64,000 bases of DNA from an uncultured Parcubacteria group bacterium (lineage in GTDB: Bacteria; Patescibacteriota; Patescibacteriia; UBA9934; CAMTUG01). The DNA lies in the NCBI GenBank assembly GCA_947084965.1, contig CAMTUG010000003.1, positions 64,360 to 128,359 of the forward strand, given 5' to 3'. This document shows, piece after piece, positions 62,542 through 64,000 of the stretch. Each line of letters begins with the position of its first letter. Within the stretch, counting starts at the first letter, position 1. Position numbers and translations under genes: made by a program. Under the pieces are notes generated by a model. The model ran no database searches and had not been told where the DNA came from. It was given only the letters and a program-made list of their open reading frames with translations.

Positions 62542-63123
62542 CTAGCGGCCGGAGCCGTCCGTGTGCGGGAAGCGGTAGTTGTAGCGGTGATTGCTGGCGC
62601 GTTCGAGCGCCAGGCGGAAGTAGTTGGCGCCGCGGCGCGAGCTGCGGCGGATCTGGCGCTGGATGCGCCGGGTGGCGGAGACGTCGAGCTTGAACGGGAG
62701 GGTGAACTCCCGGGTGCTCGAGTTCCAGAGGAGGTCGATCATGGCGAGCACGAGCGATTCCTTGCTGTCGCGCCGACGGCTGTAGCGTGCGAGGAGGATG
62801 TACATCTCCTCCGTGTCGTACGGCGTGCCGTGGGCCGGCATCATGTACGACTTGAAGGCGACGAAGGCGAATCCCCGCCGGCGCAGGCGCCGCGTGATCA
62901 CCACCTGGTCGCACTTCGAGCCAGCTCCCTCGGTGAACTCGTCGATGTTGATCGACAGCGCCGTGATCGGCTGGCCGCTCGCGACCGCCTCCTGTTCCTT
63001 CATGCGGAGAAGGCGGTTGAGGAAGCGGCTGACCGCCCCCGTGGCCTCGGGGTTCTTGACTGGGATCTTCGACTTGGGCACGGTCCTCCTTCCGTCGGGC
63101 ATCGACGGCGCCTCAGAATTCAT
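62542..63123 (-). CDS. Hypothetical protein of 193 aa, high GC.
   Basis: ORF track. It is preferred over the Arg-rich alternative frames. Confidence 0.4.
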   Translation of the reverse strand: MNSEAPSMPDGRRTVPKSKIPVKNPEATGAVSRFLNRLLRMKEQEAVASGQPITALSINIDEFTEGAGSKCDQVVITRRLRRRGFAFVAFKSYMMPAHGTPYDTEEMYILLARYSRRRDSKESLVLAMIDLLWNSSTREFTLPFKLDVSATRRIQRQIRRSSRRGANYFRLALERASNHRYNYRFPHTDGSGR

Positions 63124-63191
63124 CGGACGATGAATGCTCAGGTGCCGGGCGCGAGGGAGTGTCCCTCGCGCACGTTCACGTAGTCGGGGAC

Positions 63192-63998
63192 CTAGTAGTC
63201 GAAGCCCTTGAGCATCTCGGCGATGCGGTGGGCGAAGGCCCGGCCCGACTCGGTCGTCGGGTAGCGCGGGTCGGTCGAGACGAGGTCGCCGAGGGTGTCG
63301 AGGATCCGGGTGCGGTACGGCCTGGTGCGATCGGCGTAGGCCTCGAGCATCCGCATGCTGACCGTGATGATCGTCTGGTCGAAGCCGATCGTCACGTCGC
63401 TCTTCTCACCGTCGGGGCGCATCGCTTCCTTGATGATCGGCCCACCGATCTTCGAGTTCATCGCCGACAGCACGTCGGAGACGGTCACGAGCGAGAGCAC
63501 CGCCTGGTCGAAGTCGGTCTTCGGCATCGGCAGGCGCCCCCACTTCAGGTAGTAGGCGATCTGCTGCGGCCAGCGCGTCCACTTGTTGCCGAGCTCGCGC
63601 GAGATCACGCTCCTGCCGATCGACTCCGCCTTGCGCTGGAAGTGCTCGGCCGTGTCGGCGAAGGTCGTGAAGGAGCCGGCGACGTCCGAGCTGGCGATCG
63701 CCTCGAAGAGGCGCTTCCAGAGACCGAAGCCGAAGTGGCTGCCGACGATCGGGCCTTCGAGGTCCACGTACCAGACGTAGACCTTGCCGGTGTTGCCGGA
63801 GAGGAGCTCGCGCAGGCGATCGATCACCGCCGTCAGGTTCTCGTCGGTCGGGAAGCGCTGGAAGGTGAACCAGGCGCCGTTGACCTTGTCGAGCCCGGAG
63901 AGCGGCACGAGGACGTTGCCGTTGAAGGCGATCGCCTCGCGCTTCATGAGGGCGTGTTCGTTGTCCGAGTCGCCCACGTCGCACTCGGAGTAGAGCAC
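63192..63998 (-). CDS. Hypothetical protein of at least 268 aa, high GC. It may extend past the window end.
   Basis: ORF track. The alternative frame 63406-63984 is Arg-rich antisense noise. Confidence 0.4.
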   Translation of the reverse strand: MLYSECDVGDSDNEHALMKREAIAFNGNVLVPLSGLDKVNGAWFTFQRFPTDENLTAVIDRLRELLSGNTGKVYVWYVDLEGPIVGSHFGFGLWKRLFEAIASSDVAGSFTTFADTAEHFQRKAESIGRSVISRELGNKWTRWPQQIAYYLKWGRLPMPKTDFDQAVLSLVTVSDVLSAMNSKIGGPIIKEAMRPDGEKSDVTIGFDQTIITVSMRMLEAYADRTRPYRTRILDTLGDLVSTDPRYPTTESGRAFAHRIAEMLKGFDY

Positions 63999-64000
63999 GG

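Overview
This 64-kb window is a bacterial chromosomal segment with a compact housekeeping backbone and several accessory loci. The backbone (about 50-55% GC) carries rpoB-rpoC, polA, holA, rpsT, rpsO, pnp, tig, nfo, ruvC, yebC, rnhB, lspA, an H+-pyrophosphatase gene and six tRNAs. rpoB is short (1084 aa), there are giant surface proteins and many hypotheticals, which suggests a CPR/Patescibacteria-like organism using the standard genetic code; this is an inference only.

The first 12 kb is a four-gene minus-strand cell-surface locus. It includes a giant secreted protein of more than 2243 aa that runs off the window start. This gene is missing from the supplied ORF track, and all the + strand ORFs listed over positions 1-6700 are antisense artefacts of it.

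Several blocks of 62-66% GC look horizontally acquired. The most notable is a cassette of two isopenicillin-N-synthase-family 2OG/Fe(II) oxygenases flanking a P-loop kinase-like gene (14.2-17.1 kb). Others are a frameshifted SAM methyltransferase, two divergent [high-GC hypothetical]-[TrmB regulator] modules and two hypotheticals at the window end.

The most unusual non-coding signal is an ~89-nt conserved element present three times (33.3 kb, and twice in the 930-nt rpoB leader). Each copy sits inside a different, near-perfect 18-19-bp inverted repeat, and its internal 5-bp hairpin shows compensatory changes between copies.

Other non-coding signals:
- A 16-bp perfect palindrome TGTTTCACGTGAAACA occurs twice (plus a half-site) around the tRNA-Ala/tRNA-Arg locus.
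- A 22-bp perfect inverted repeat lies upstream of rpsO.
- An identical 40-bp GC-hairpin repeat flanks a two-gene module.
- A consensus sigma70 promoter drives a ~430-nt ORF-free region with nested helices.
- A strong intrinsic terminator sits 12 nt upstream of the rpoB start codon.

No CRISPR array, rRNA or obvious prophage was found.
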